This document shows positions 1 to 9,868 of a stretch of DNA of 64,000 bases, one piece after another. Origin of the DNA: a virus. The first letter of the stretch is position 1. The number at the start of each line of letters is the position of its first letter. The position numbers were made by a program, and so were the translations under genes. The stretch spans positions 2,670 through 66,669 of IMG/VR virus record IMGVR_UViG_3300037875_000252; one strand, written 5' to 3'. Below the pieces are notes generated by a model that saw nothing but the letters and a program-made list of their open reading frames with translations, had not been told where the DNA came from and made no database searches.

Positions 1-210
1 TTAATACAAAATAGTAAAGGTATTGTGTCTATAGCATCATGGCCTTATATGGTAGCTCATTATGCTGGTAACATAGATACTGTTGTGATTATGTTATATA
101 ATCACCATTGGAAAGATAGGCATTTGGCTGAAGATAGATCAAAAATTATTACGTTTTTGGAAGTTCCAGAGTATAAAGATATTATTAGTAGTTTAGGAGT
201 ATTAAATTGA
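1..210 (+). CDS. 5'-truncated CDS, possibly glycosyltransferase (GT9-like) C-terminus
   Basis: Frame open from base 1 (LIQNSKGIVSIASWPYMVAHYAG..TVVI), weak resemblance to the GT9 C-terminal motif. Confidence 0.35.
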   Translation, partial: LIQNSKGIVSIASWPYMVAHYAGNIDTVVIMLYNHHWKDRHLAEDRSKIITFLEVPEYKDIISSLGVLN

Positions 211-794
211 GAGAATCAGTAAATGGTTTTAAAACTTTAGGTAATGATTTAGTTGGTGTAGAAATAGGGGTTTGTAAAGGTGAAAGTGCTTTAGGCATGT
301 TACAGAATTTACCTATTAAAATGCTATATTTAGTTGATCCTTATGTTGAATATGAGGAATATAATATAACTGAAATTAGTGGTTGTCCTAATATGGATGA
401 AAATGAAGCTTCTGCTAAAGAACTACTTAAAGATTATGAAGGTAGAATTACATGGATTAGAAAAAAATCTAATGATGCTGTAAATGATATACCTAATGAT
501 TTAGATTTTGTTTATATAGATGGTAATCATGCTGGTGGTTATGTTAAAATGGATATTGAAAATTACTACCCTAAAGTTAAAGATGGCGGCATACTTGCAG
601 GACATGATTTTCAAAAGATAGAAATACGAGATAGTGTATTAGAATTTAACAAAGGTAGAAATCATGATTTATATAGTTTTCCATTTGAAAAAGCTAATCA
701 TATACATGATTGGGATGAAGAATGGAGATTATACAGAGTTCCTAGTGGTAGAATAAGTATTGATCAAGAAGATTGGTGGTTAATTAAAAAATAA
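207..794 (+). CDS. Class I SAM-dependent methyltransferase (Methyltransf_24-like)
   Basis: GVEIGVxxGxS, LVDPY, DFVYIDGNH, GGILAGHDF motifs. Confidence 0.85.
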   Translation: MRESVNGFKTLGNDLVGVEIGVCKGESALGMLQNLPIKMLYLVDPYVEYEEYNITEISGCPNMDENEASAKELLKDYEGRITWIRKKSNDAVNDIPNDLDFVYIDGNHAGGYVKMDIENYYPKVKDGGILAGHDFQKIEIRDSVLEFNKGRNHDLYSFPFEKANHIHDWDEEWRLYRVPSGRISIDQEDWWLIKK

Positions 795-1094
795 ATGGAG
801 AACCAAATGGAAAAGGTTGAAACTAATGATCTAGAGCAAATTGAGAATAAACATAAAGAAATATTAGCTGATTATAATTTTCTTTATGAGATTGTAAGTT
901 TAGAAAATAGTTATGGTAGAAATAATATGTGCTATTGTGATTCAGGTGTGAAATTTAAAAAGTGTTGTTTAAAAGAACATGAAGAAAAAGAAGTAAAATT
1001 AAGTGATTTGATGGACTCACTGAATGATCTTGGGAGGGATTATTCAAAGTTGGTGAAGGAAAGTAAAATTGAAAAAAATAGTATTACCAAATGA
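795..1094 (+). CDS. SEC-C motif protein
   Basis: GRNNMCYCDSGVKFKKCC matches the SEC-C zinc motif. Confidence 0.75.
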   Translation: MENQMEKVETNDLEQIENKHKEILADYNFLYEIVSLENSYGRNNMCYCDSGVKFKKCCLKEHEEKEVKLSDLMDSLNDLGRDYSKLVKESKIEKNSITK

Positions 1095-1941
1095 GTATAA
1101 TTATGTAGGATTGTTCCTAACACTCAGATGCAATTATTCTTGCTCATATTGCGTTAATGAGAAATCTGGTGAAATATCTAGGAGTATGCCAGAATTAGGA
1201 GCTAAACAGTGGATTGATTGTATAAATAGAGTAAAAATACATGATGATGTTGCTGTAACTATTGGTGGTGGTGAACCTACCATGCACAGAGACTTCTATG
1301 AGATAGTTAATGGTATAAAACATCCTATAGATTTATTAACTAATGCTAAATTTGATGTATTTGAATTTATAAAGAATGTAAATCCTAAGAAAATGTTTCA
1401 CTCAGACGTAGAGGGTTATAAATCTGTAAGAATTAGTTTTCATCCAGAGTTTATGGATGTAAAAGAAGTTGTTTCTAAGGCTGCTCTTTTACAAGAAAAT
1501 GGTTTTAATGTTGGTATATTACCATTGAATTTCCCTAATAGTACAGAACAAAACCTTAAATTAGCAGAGGAAGCTAGAAAGAATATGGTATACACATTTA
1601 TTAAGGATTATCTTGGTGAGTATAATGGTAAAATGGTAGGACATTATAAATATCCAGATGGTTTAAATGGTAATACTAAAAGTGTTTTGTGTAGGACTAA
1701 GGAATTATTAATAAATCCTAGTGGTAATGTGTTTAAATGTCATAGAGATTTGTACACTAATGAATATTCTTTAGGTAGTTTATTAGATAATGAGTTTAAA
1801 TTAGAGTATAAATTTAGAAATTGTAAAAATTTTGGTAAGTGTAATAATTGTGATTTGAAAGCTAAAGTTAATAGATTCCTACAGATGGGTAGTTGTTCCG
1901 TAGAAATTCAAAATTTAATTGGTGAAAGTTGGGATACTTAA
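1069..1941 (+). CDS. Radical SAM protein with SPASM/twitch-like C-terminus
   Basis: CNYSCSYC (CxxxCxxC), GGGEPT, INPSGNVFKC and C-terminal Cys cluster. Confidence 0.85.
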   Translation: MKKIVLPNEYNYVGLFLTLRCNYSCSYCVNEKSGEISRSMPELGAKQWIDCINRVKIHDDVAVTIGGGEPTMHRDFYEIVNGIKHPIDLLTNAKFDVFEFIKNVNPKKMFHSDVEGYKSVRISFHPEFMDVKEVVSKAALLQENGFNVGILPLNFPNSTEQNLKLAEEARKNMVYTFIKDYLGEYNGKMVGHYKYPDGLNGNTKSVLCRTKELLINPSGNVFKCHRDLYTNEYSLGSLLDNEFKLEYKFRNCKNFGKCNNCDLKAKVNRFLQMGSCSVEIQNLIGESWDT

Positions 1942-1963
1942 TATAGAATGAAAGGAGTGAGAC

Positions 1964-2128
1964 ATGAATAGATTAGTATTAGTTGTGTTTGTATTACTTA
2001 TGTGTTGCGTATCATGTAATACATTTAGTAATGTAGATAGTAAGAAGGATGTTATAGACTGTGTAGAGAACAAACCTACTGCAATTATTAAAGTTTATGA
2101 CAAGTTTGGAGATTTAGTAGAAAATTAG
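1964..2128 (+). CDS. Small putative lipoprotein (not in ORF track)
   Basis: AAGGAG RBS; MNRLVLVVFVLLMCCVSC signal peptide with lipobox-like Cys. Confidence 0.5.
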   Translation: MNRLVLVVFVLLMCCVSCNTFSNVDSKKDVIDCVENKPTAIIKVYDKFGDLVEN

Positions 2129-2131
2129 TAA

Positions 2132-2174
2132 ATAGAGAGGTGGTATTATACAGTGTGACGTATCACCTCTCTAT
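2132..2174. terminator. Intergenic hairpin
   Basis: atagagaggtggta...tatcacctctctat inverted repeat between genes. Confidence 0.5.
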
Positions 2175-2182
2175 ATAATATT

Positions 2183-2569
2183 ATGAAAACATTAGTTAAA
2201 AAGAAGAAAATAGATAAAACATTACATAACTTTATAGTTTTAGAGTGTTGTAATTTTGTTAGAAATAGCTGTGTTGGTGTCAGTTCTACAGGAATGTTTA
2301 ATAATACTGGTATATGTGTTGTTATTGGTGAAGAACCAAAACATTGTGATTATTTTAAAGATTGTGTAATTCCTACTTCTAAGCATAGAATGTGTTATAA
2401 TGAAATATTAAATAAGTATTCTGATGTGGATAATACAATAAAACGTGTTAAAATTAGAACTTGTCAATGTGGTTCTAAATTAGATAAAGGTGAAAGATTG
2501 TGTAGTTTATGTAAGAAAACTAAAAGAAAATTATCTTTTCGTAAAATAAATGTGAAAAGAAAAAGGTGA
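2183..2569 (+). CDS. Cys-rich hypothetical protein
   Basis: 128 aa ORF with several Cys clusters. Confidence 0.6.
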   Translation: MKTLVKKKKIDKTLHNFIVLECCNFVRNSCVGVSSTGMFNNTGICVVIGEEPKHCDYFKDCVIPTSKHRMCYNEILNKYSDVDNTIKRVKIRTCQCGSKLDKGERLCSLCKKTKRKLSFRKINVKRKR

Positions 2570-2587
2570 TTTATCAACATACAGTGC

Positions 2588-2746
2588 GTGTGTATTATAT
2601 GTAGTAAAACAGTAAGTTATGATAAAATTTCTAAAGTTGATAAATTTTATCATATGTGTTGTAGTTGTGTTGATAAAGTACCAGATCACATACCTGTAGA
2701 ACAGTATAAAAAATATTTAAAAAGTATTAAAATAAAGAATACTTAA
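2588..2746 (+). CDS. PxHIP-family small Zn-finger protein (not in ORF track)
   Basis: CIIC..CCSC..VPDHIPVEQYKKY; GTG start uncertain. Confidence 0.6.
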   Translation: MCIICSKTVSYDKISKVDKFYHMCCSCVDKVPDHIPVEQYKKYLKSIKIKNT

Positions 2747-2796
2747 CTTATATATTATTTTTATAAACATATAATCATAAGTCTTTTCTCATGTGG

Positions 2797-2849
2797 TTAT
2801 AAGTAGTTGAATAATAAAGACTTATATGCAGTTATTCAACTACTTATAA
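2797..2849. repeat. Perfect 18-bp inverted repeat
   Basis: ttataagtagttgaataa-N17-ttattcaactacttataa; arms resemble IHF-type CAA-N4-TTA sites. Confidence 0.7.
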
Positions 2850-2959
2850 AATACATTAATTAATAGTAAAGTTATAAATGCTTTATGTTTAAGTTATGAA
2901 ATTAGGGCAAGGAATATTGCAAAAAATTCATCTCCAAATGGAGAATATAAGTAAAATAA

Positions 2960-3343
2960 ATGGCATTCATTCCTTGCCCAACTAATATGTCAAAAAGAAA
3001 GAATCTTTACATACCTATTAAAGCTATTTGTAAATGTTGCGGTAAAACCGGTGACAAAACATACTTTAATCAAAAATATCTTCATGAAAAATGTAAGAAA
3101 GTAAGACATACACTTGTTATCAGAAGGTCAATAACAAACAATAAAATAAGAAAAGAAGAAGAAACACAAAGATATTTAGATAGTATAAATAGTTGTTTTA
3201 TTAAGAAGATTAGAAACTGTAGAGTGTGCGGTGATAGATTTTTATCCAGTGGTAATCACAATAGAGCCTGTAATAAATGTAATTTAGTAATGGGTAGTTC
3301 TTTAGTTTATATTGTTAAAGTTTATAAGAATCCAAATATATGA
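2960..3343 (+). CDS. Zn-ribbon protein, RxCxxC..F.S....NRxCxxC family (copy 1 of 3)
   Basis: RNCRVCGDRFLSSGNHNRACNKC. Confidence 0.65.
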   Translation: MAFIPCPTNMSKRKNLYIPIKAICKCCGKTGDKTYFNQKYLHEKCKKVRHTLVIRRSITNNKIRKEEETQRYLDSINSCFIKKIRNCRVCGDRFLSSGNHNRACNKCNLVMGSSLVYIVKVYKNPNI

Positions 3344-3522
3344 GTGATAATAAATATTGTGATAAATATGAATATGAAGATGATTGGTTAAATTGTAGAG
3401 GTTGTGGTAAAATGTCTGTTTGGGTTAATTGGGTAAGAAAGTTATGTTCTGATTGCAATTATTTAATTCCACAACATATACCAAAAGAACAATTTAGAAA
3501 ATATTATGAAAAAACTAGATAA
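3340..3522 (+). CDS. PxHIP-family small Zn-finger protein
   Basis: CRGC..CSDC..IPQHIPKEQFRKY. Confidence 0.7.
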   Translation: MSDNKYCDKYEYEDDWLNCRGCGKMSVWVNWVRKLCSDCNYLIPQHIPKEQFRKYYEKTR

Positions 3523-4051
3523 AAAGAATGTATTAATAATAGGTGATACACATTGTAAATTAAGTAGTTGTATTAATACATTTATACCCATAAATAAAAG
3601 TCACATTTTTTGTTCATCAAAATGTGGTAACTCATTCAGAAATCATTTAAATAAGGCAAAATTATGTAAGAAACTGTATCAAAAATCTAAATCTGGTAAA
3701 GATACTAAAAGAAAATATTTACAAACTGATAAAGGAAAAATTGCTTCAAGAAGAAATTCTAAGACATATTTACAAACACCAACTGGTAAGATTAAAAGAG
3801 TTGAGTATTTAAAATCTAAACAAGGAAAATTGAATCATTTATTAGGTTCAGAAAAATATAAGCAAAAATATCCAGAAAGAGTTAAGGCTGTTAGTTTAGC
3901 TAACAGAAAGCTTCCAAAAGGAAACTGTGAAGTAGAAAACTGTAATATAATTGGAGAGAAACACCATGATGATTATAGTAAACCTTTAGAAGTTAGGTAT
4001 TTATGTATGAAACATCATAGAGAATTTCATAAGGCGGTGAAAAGTGTCTAA
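3506..4051 (+). CDS. Putative HNH-like homing endonuclease fused to a phosphoesterase N-terminal fragment
   Basis: Starts KKNVLIIGDTH; ends CEVENC..EKHHDDYSKPLEVRYLCMKHHREFH. Confidence 0.65.
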   Translation: MKKLDKKNVLIIGDTHCKLSSCINTFIPINKSHIFCSSKCGNSFRNHLNKAKLCKKLYQKSKSGKDTKRKYLQTDKGKIASRRNSKTYLQTPTGKIKRVEYLKSKQGKLNHLLGSEKYKQKYPERVKAVSLANRKLPKGNCEVENCNIIGEKHHDDYSKPLEVRYLCMKHHREFHKAVKSV

Positions 4052-4727
4052 TATAAAATTCAAAAAAGAAAATGTTTTAATTATAGGTGATCCTCATGAA
4101 CCTTTTACAGAAGGTGGTTATATAGATTTTTGTTTGGGAGTAAAGAAAGATAGAAAATGTGGTACTGTATTAATAATTGGGGATTTAGTTGATAGTTATC
4201 AAATATCATTAAGAGATTTGGATCCAAATTCTATCTCAGCAAGAGACGAAATAATACTTGCAAGAAAACATTTAAAAGAGTGGTTTAAAGCATTTCCTTA
4301 TGCTAAACTTACATTAGGAAATCACGACTTGAGAATTTACAAAAAAGCATCTAAACATGGTATTCCTGAAATGTGTATGAGAACTTTTAGTGAAATTTGG
4401 GAAATACCTAAAAGATGGGAAGTAAGTTATGAATTTATAATAAATGATGTACTTTATAATCATGGTTTTAGTGCTACAAAAAATGCTGCTATTACATCTG
4501 CTATATATAATCGTATGAGTACTGTTCAAGGTCATGGACATACTACAGCAACAATAGCTTATTCTGCATCACCAAGAGACTGTATATTTGGTATGTCAGT
4601 AGGAACAGGGATAGATCGTAGTGCTATGGCATTTTCTTATGGTATGGGATTTAAAGAAAAACCTATAGTAAGTTGTGGTACAGTAGAAAATGGTAGAAAT
4701 CCTCATATTCATACTATGAGTTTATAA
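4044..4727 (+). CDS. Calcineurin-like metallophosphoesterase
   Basis: IGDPH, IGDLVD, GNHD, HG, GHGH motifs. Confidence 0.85.
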   Translation: MSNIKFKKENVLIIGDPHEPFTEGGYIDFCLGVKKDRKCGTVLIIGDLVDSYQISLRDLDPNSISARDEIILARKHLKEWFKAFPYAKLTLGNHDLRIYKKASKHGIPEMCMRTFSEIWEIPKRWEVSYEFIINDVLYNHGFSATKNAAITSAIYNRMSTVQGHGHTTATIAYSASPRDCIFGMSVGTGIDRSAMAFSYGMGFKEKPIVSCGTVENGRNPHIHTMSL

Positions 4728-4737
4728 AGGATATAAT

Positions 4738-4941
4738 ATGGCACATAATGTATACATAAATATAATAATATCAACTGATAAAGAAGAATTCCCTAATGAG
4801 TATGGTATTATATCTAATCTTAGGAAAGAGGTAAAGAAAATAATAGCTAATGATCCATCTTTTAAGATGAGAAGATATAATTTTGATATTATAGATGAAT
4901 TACTAGACACAGAAGGCGAATTTGAAATCAAAGATGAATAA
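4738..4941 (+). CDS. Hypothetical protein
   Basis: AAGGA RBS, in operon. Confidence 0.55.
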   Translation: MAHNVYINIIISTDKEEFPNEYGIISNLRKEVKKIIANDPSFKMRRYNFDIIDELLDTEGEFEIKDE

Positions 4942-5156
4942 TGCAAAATATAAAATGGTCAGCAATTGAATCATTTATAAATGTATTTATAGGATTTCTA
5001 ATAGCACAATTATTAATCCTATATTTACTCCCTTTATGGGATTCCAAATCACTCACACTTAAAGACAGTATACAAATTTCAGCAATATTTACATCAATTA
5101 GTTTCATTCGTGGTTTTATATTTCGTAGGTTATTTAATAAAGTACATAAAAAATGA
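4941..5156 (+). CDS. Small two-TM phage membrane protein
   Basis: S.IES..NV.IG..and S.IRG.I.RRLFN pattern, two hydrophobic segments. Confidence 0.65.
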   Translation: MQNIKWSAIESFINVFIGFLIAQLLILYLLPLWDSKSLTLKDSIQISAIFTSISFIRGFIFRRLFNKVHKK

Positions 5157-5329
5157 ACTGTAGAATATGTGAAGAAATAGTTGGATCACTAGAAGATTTT
5201 GATTTATGTTGTATATGTTTTAATATTATTGTTTGTTTAGAAATACCTAAACATATACCTATACAACAACATTATGAATATATAAACTTAGCAGCTAAAA
5301 AAATTGTTAGAGAAAGAAGGAACAAATGA
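5153..5329 (+). CDS. PxHIP-family small Zn-finger protein (not in ORF track)
   Basis: MNCRIC..CCIC..IPKHIPIQQHYEY; ATGA overlaps with both neighbours. Confidence 0.7.
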   Translation: MNCRICEEIVGSLEDFDLCCICFNIIVCLEIPKHIPIQQHYEYINLAAKKIVRERRNK

Positions 5330-7269
5330 CAGAAAGCAACTTAGAGTTACCATCACAGTACCAAAAGTTTATACATCTCAGTAGATATAGTAGGTGGTTA
5401 GATGATAAATTATCTAGAGAAACGTGGGAAGAAACAGTAACTAGGTATATGGATTTCTTTGTTGAACATCTTAGAGATAATTGTGGTTATAACATGCCGA
5501 ATAATATCTATAATGAGTTGAAATATGCTATTATTCGGCTCAAAGTGATGCCATCTATGAGGGCGTTAATGACTGCTGGTGAAGCACTAAAGAGAGATAA
5601 CTTAGCAAATTATAATTGTAGTTATATTGTTGCTGATAAGATAAGATGTTTTGATGAGATGCTTTATATATTACTTAATGGTGTTGGTGTAGGATTTAGT
5701 GTAGAAAGACAGTTTGTGCAGAAACTACCTACAATGTCAGAAGAGTTTAATAATACAAAGACCACTATAGTTGTTGGTGATTCTAAGATGGGTTGGGCTA
5801 AAGCATATAAAGAACTTATTTCTCTACTACTTGCAGGTCAAATACCTGAGTGGGATATGTCTGGTATAAGACCAGCAGGAGCAAGATTGAAAGTGTTTGG
5901 TGGTAGAGCTTCTGGGTCAGGTCCTTTAGATGAATTATTTAGATTCACTATTCATACATTTAAAGAGGCTAAAAGCAGGAAGTTAACATCATTTGAGGTA
6001 CATAAGGTATTTTGTAAGATTGCAGATGTTGTTGTTGTTGGTGGTGTACGTAGGGCTGCATTAATATCTTTGGGTAATCTATCAGATATTAGAATGAGAC
6101 ATGCTAAGTCTGGTCAGTGGTGGGTAGAAAATCCTGAACTTGCATTATCTAACAACTCTGTTTGTTATACAGAGAAACCAGATATAGGTATATTTATGGA
6201 AGAATGGTTATCATTATATAACTCTAAGTCTGGTGAGAGGGGAATATTCAATAGAATAGCAGCCATTGAAACTATAAAGAATCTTAATAATAGGGCAGGT
6301 GAAGAAAGAAGATCATTAGATAAAGAATATGGACTCAATCCATGTGGTGAAATTCTCTTGACAAGCAAAGAATGTTGTAATTTGTCAGAGTTAGTTGTAA
6401 GGTCAACAGATACAATAATAGAACTTAAAGAAAAAATTAGGATAGCTACAATAATAGGTACATTTCAGGCATCTCTTACAGATTTCAAATATGTTTCATC
6501 TAAGTGGAAAGAAAATTGTGAAGAGGAAGCATTACTTGGTGTATCTATGACAGGTATTATGGATAACTCATTAACTAATGGATATAAAGGTAAGGAACTG
6601 TTGATTACATTATTGAATGAGTTAAGAGATTATGCTACAGAAGTTAATAAAGAATGGTCTAAGAAGATAGGAATAAATCCTGCTGCTGCTATTACATGTG
6701 TTAAACCATCAGGTAATGTTAGCCAACTGGTTAATTCAGCATCAGGTATTCATGCTAGACATTCAGAGTATTATGTAAGATCTGTAAGGGTTAATAAAAA
6801 TGATCCTATAGCTAAGTTTATGATAAGTAAAGGATTTCCTAATGAACCAGACATAACTAAACCAGACACTACAGTTATATTTAAGTTTCCTATTAAATCA
6901 CCTAAAGGGTGTATAACAAGAACAGACAAAACAGCTATAGAACAGTTAGAATTGTGGTTAATATATAAAGATCATTATTGTGACCACAACCCATCTACAA
7001 CTATTAATGTTAAAGAACATGAATGGCTAGAGGTTGGTAGTTGGGTGTTTAAGAACTTTGATAAAATATCTGGTGTTGCTTTCTTACCATATTCTGAACA
7101 TTCTTACAAGCAAGCACCCTATGAGGAATTTAACAAAGATGAATATAATGAATTAACTAAGATAATGCCTAAAGATGTAGATTGGAGAGAGTTGAGTAAG
7201 TTTGAGGAAGAAGATAATACTACTTCATCACAGACGCTGGCGTGCGTATCAAATAGTTGTGAGATATAG
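5326..7269 (+). CDS. nrdJ: Class II (B12-dependent) ribonucleotide reductase
   Basis: SRYSRW..RETW, MPSMR, YNCS, GGVRRAALI, NPCGEI, CNL, TCVKPSG, C-terminal CxxxxCEI. Confidence 0.92.
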   Translation: MTESNLELPSQYQKFIHLSRYSRWLDDKLSRETWEETVTRYMDFFVEHLRDNCGYNMPNNIYNELKYAIIRLKVMPSMRALMTAGEALKRDNLANYNCSYIVADKIRCFDEMLYILLNGVGVGFSVERQFVQKLPTMSEEFNNTKTTIVVGDSKMGWAKAYKELISLLLAGQIPEWDMSGIRPAGARLKVFGGRASGSGPLDELFRFTIHTFKEAKSRKLTSFEVHKVFCKIADVVVVGGVRRAALISLGNLSDIRMRHAKSGQWWVENPELALSNNSVCYTEKPDIGIFMEEWLSLYNSKSGERGIFNRIAAIETIKNLNNRAGEERRSLDKEYGLNPCGEILLTSKECCNLSELVVRSTDTIIELKEKIRIATIIGTFQASLTDFKYVSSKWKENCEEEALLGVSMTGIMDNSLTNGYKGKELLITLLNELRDYATEVNKEWSKKIGINPAAAITCVKPSGNVSQLVNSASGIHARHSEYYVRSVRVNKNDPIAKFMISKGFPNEPDITKPDTTVIFKFPIKSPKGCITRTDKTAIEQLELWLIYKDHYCDHNPSTTINVKEHEWLEVGSWVFKNFDKISGVAFLPYSEHSYKQAPYEEFNKDEYNELTKIMPKDVDWRELSKFEEEDNTTSSQTLACVSNSCEI

Positions 7270-7306
7270 CTGTACGTCACTTTACATAATGTATATTTAT
7301 TAATAA

Positions 7307-7453
7307 TGAAAAAACTGCACAATTATTACAACTTAATAAAAATGGTATGGACTTAATAGTTTACTTGAGTGTTGTGATTGTGTTCAATTAGTTCCTAGTT
7401 ATATACCTTTAGAACAAAAAGAAAAATACTTAGAAAGAAAATATGAAATGTAA
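7307..7453 (+). pseudogene. Disrupted PxHIP-family copy
   Basis: CCDCVQLVPSYIPLEQKEKYL in a frame blocked by an upstream TAA with no in-frame start. Confidence 0.5.
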
Positions 7454-7658
7454 ATATTGTAATAATAATAAACCTAGAATAAGTGCTACCAAACATTACA
7501 CAACTGGTATTATAACACAATGGTTATCTTGTTCTGTTTGTGAAAATGTAATTCATGAGATACCAGATCACATACCAATAAAACAACATAGAAATTATAT
7601 AATTTCTTATTTTAATAAATATGAAAGTTTAAAATGTAAAAAGAGAAGTTTACATTAG
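7443..7658 (+). CDS. PxHIP-family small Zn-finger protein
   Basis: CKYC..CSVC..IPDHIPIKQHRNY. Confidence 0.7.
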   Translation: MKCKYCNNNKPRISATKHYTTGIITQWLSCSVCENVIHEIPDHIPIKQHRNYIISYFNKYESLKCKKRSLH

Positions 7659-7845
7659 GGATAAATGTAAGTGTTTTAGATGTAATAACATATTTAAAAA
7701 AATTCATATTCATCATTTAATATCTTTTATAAATAAAGATACTAGATATGAGTTAGGTAATTTAATAACTTTATGTAAACCATGTCATCTTTGGGTACAT
7801 AGTAGTAAAAATATTAATAAGGAATATATAATTGACAAATATTAA
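7633..7845 (+). pseudogene. HNH endonuclease remnant (not in ORF track)
   Basis: KREVYIRDKCKCFRC..HIHHL..NLITLCKPCHLWVH; frame preceded by a TAA at 7630. Confidence 0.65.
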
Positions 7846-7858
7846 AAAGGAGTCGGGG

Positions 7859-8669
7859 GTGATTGGTGGTATACTCTACAATGAATGTTGTCTTTCTTCT
7901 ATGAACAGAATGAAAGATGATTTTGTAGATTTAACTATTACGTCACCCCCTTATTAACGATGCTGTAAGGGATTACAAAGGATTTAAGTTTGATTATAAA
8001 CCAATAATCAAAGAATTATTTAGAGTAACTAAAAAAGGTGGTGTGGTTGTTTGGGTAGTCAATGATCAAGTTATAAATGCTTCTGAATCTGGTACAAGTT
8101 TCATACATGCTCTAGAATTCATCAATCAGGGATTTAAGTTACATGATACTATGATATATGAGAAGAATGGTGCCACATTTCCAGCCAGAAGAGATGGTAA
8201 TAGGTACACACAAATATTTGAATTTATGTTTGTGTTCTCTAAAGGTAAACCAAAGACAGCTAATCTTCTGTGTGATAAGGAAAATATCTATAGAGGTGAT
8301 AAACCACATAAAACTAAGTATAGAGATAAAGAAGGAACATTAATATCTAGAATACAAAAGCCAGTTCCATCTCACAGCCCTAGAAATAATATTTGGAGAT
8401 ATATTACAGGTAAGTATTGTAGTACTAAGGATGAAATAGCATTTGAACATCCAGCTATTATGCCTGAGTTACTTGCTAATGACCATATATTGACATGGAG
8501 TAATGAGAATGATATAATTTACGATATATGTGGTGGTTCTGGTAGCACAGGTATTATGGCATATGAGAATAATAGAAAGTTTATTATGTCAGAGATTTCA
8601 TCTGAATATTGTGATATAATTAAGAAAAGGTTTAAAACTAGATTTGGTAAGGAGATTAATGTATTATGA
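7859..8669 (+). CDS. N4-cytosine/N6-adenine DNA methyltransferase (beta class), split by a +1 frameshift
   Basis: 7859-7957 encodes ...DLTITSPPY*; +1 frame from 7956 continues NDAVRDY..ELFRVTKKGG..HPA.MP..DICGGSGSTG. Confidence 0.8.
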
Positions 8670-8884
8670 TATGTGTTAAATGTAAAGAATATTATGTAGA
8701 TACATTCAATACACAAGAATATGTTGATGGAAAGATTGTTGATATAAAATATGAGCCACCAGATATAAAATTTTGTATTTCCTGTAGATTAAATATTGTA
8801 CCAGATCATATACCTACCAGTAACAATAACGATTTACAATATGGTAAATACGTAATGGCTTATCAAAGGAAATACTATGGATGA
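8666..8884 (+). CDS. PxHIP-family small Zn-finger protein
   Basis: CVKC..CISC..VPDHIP. Confidence 0.7.
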   Translation: MICVKCKEYYVDTFNTQEYVDGKIVDIKYEPPDIKFCISCRLNIVPDHIPTSNNNDLQYGKYVMAYQRKYYG

Positions 8885-9065
8885 AGCTGATAAAATAATG
8901 AATTGTAAAATGTGTTTAGATCAGTGTACATCAGTAAAAGATTTCAATAGTTCTACATGTAATGATTGTGATACTTATGTAGTACCAGATCATATACCAG
9001 AAGAACAACATTTTAAATTTGTTACAAATTATATAAGGAAATACCATGAGAATATACTGCCCTGA
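8877..9065 (+). CDS. PxHIP-family small Zn-finger protein
   Basis: CKMC..CNDC..VPDHIPEEQHFKF. Confidence 0.7.
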   Translation: MDEADKIMNCKMCLDQCTSVKDFNSSTCNDCDTYVVPDHIPEEQHFKFVTNYIRKYHENILP

Positions 9066-9252
9066 ATGTAGTGAAAGATTAGTTATTGCTGGATCAGAAG
9101 TTAGTTGTGAGATAGAATGTCCTAATTCTCATTGTGAGTATGAAGGACCTAGATTATCAGTTGATATACCTAATGAATATATATGTGAGGCACTTGTGAA
9201 AGCATTTCTAGTATTGGAAGGTTTAAATGAAGAATCTACAAATAACCTGTAA
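9046..9252 (+). CDS. Small Zn-ribbon protein
   Basis: CPEC..CPNSHC. Confidence 0.6.
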   Translation: MRIYCPECSERLVIAGSEVSCEIECPNSHCEYEGPRLSVDIPNEYICEALVKAFLVLEGLNEESTNNL

Positions 9253-9439
9253 AGATTGTTGTAAAGTATGTAATATAACTAAATTTAGCAATCATTATCT
9301 ATATTGGTGTATGTGTGAACCTAATGGTTTAATGAAACATGTGTATATTCCAGACCACATACCATCAAAACAACATAGGAAATATATGAAGGAGAAATAT
9401 GGCAAGACAGAAATATGGCAAGAAAGAAAAATGATTTAG
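9227..9439 (+). CDS. PxHIP-family small Zn-finger protein
   Basis: CKDC..CMC..IPDHIPSKQHRKY. Confidence 0.7.
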   Translation: MKNLQITCKDCCKVCNITKFSNHYLYWCMCEPNGLMKHVYIPDHIPSKQHRKYMKEKYGKTEIWQERKMI

Positions 9440-9483
9440 AAACTTTGAAAAAACTAAAGGAGAAATATGAGTGAGGATATTAT

Positions 9484-9696
9484 ATGAAATGTTATGTATG
9501 TGGTTCTTCAGATGTAATAATGTATGATCACATAGGATATACATTCTACAGTTTTATGTGTAATAACTGTAATAAATATAATCCTAATATTATAGGATCT
9601 GGTAGGGTATTTGTAGATATACCAAAACATATACCTTATAAACAAATACAAAAATATAAAGATAAAATAAGAGAGAAAAATAATGCCAATATATGA
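9484..9696 (+). CDS. PxHIP-family small Zn-finger protein
   Basis: CYVC..CNNC..IPKHIPYKQIQKY. Confidence 0.7.
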   Translation: MKCYVCGSSDVIMYDHIGYTFYSFMCNNCNKYNPNIIGSGRVFVDIPKHIPYKQIQKYKDKIREKNNANI

Positions 9697-9868
9697 TTAT
9701 CAATGTAATAACTGTAAAGTAGTATTTGAACACTATCAGAAGATTAACAGTAAACCAATTAGAAAATGTAAATCTTGTAAAGAATTTAAGTTACAGAGAT
9801 TAATATGTAAACCTAACATTATCTTTAAAGGGCCAGGTTTTTATGTCAACGACTATAAGAATAAATAG
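9683..9868 (+). CDS. FmdB-family Zn-ribbon protein
   Basis: MPIYDYQCNNC..CKSC..FKGPGFYVNDY signature. Confidence 0.85.
   Translation: MPIYDYQCNNCKVVFEHYQKINSKPIRKCKSCKEFKLQRLICKPNIIFKGPGFYVNDYKNK

Noticed and set aside
2904-2921. Sigma-54-like GGCAAGGAATATTGC
   Set aside because: Spacing is GG-N11-GC rather than the required N10.
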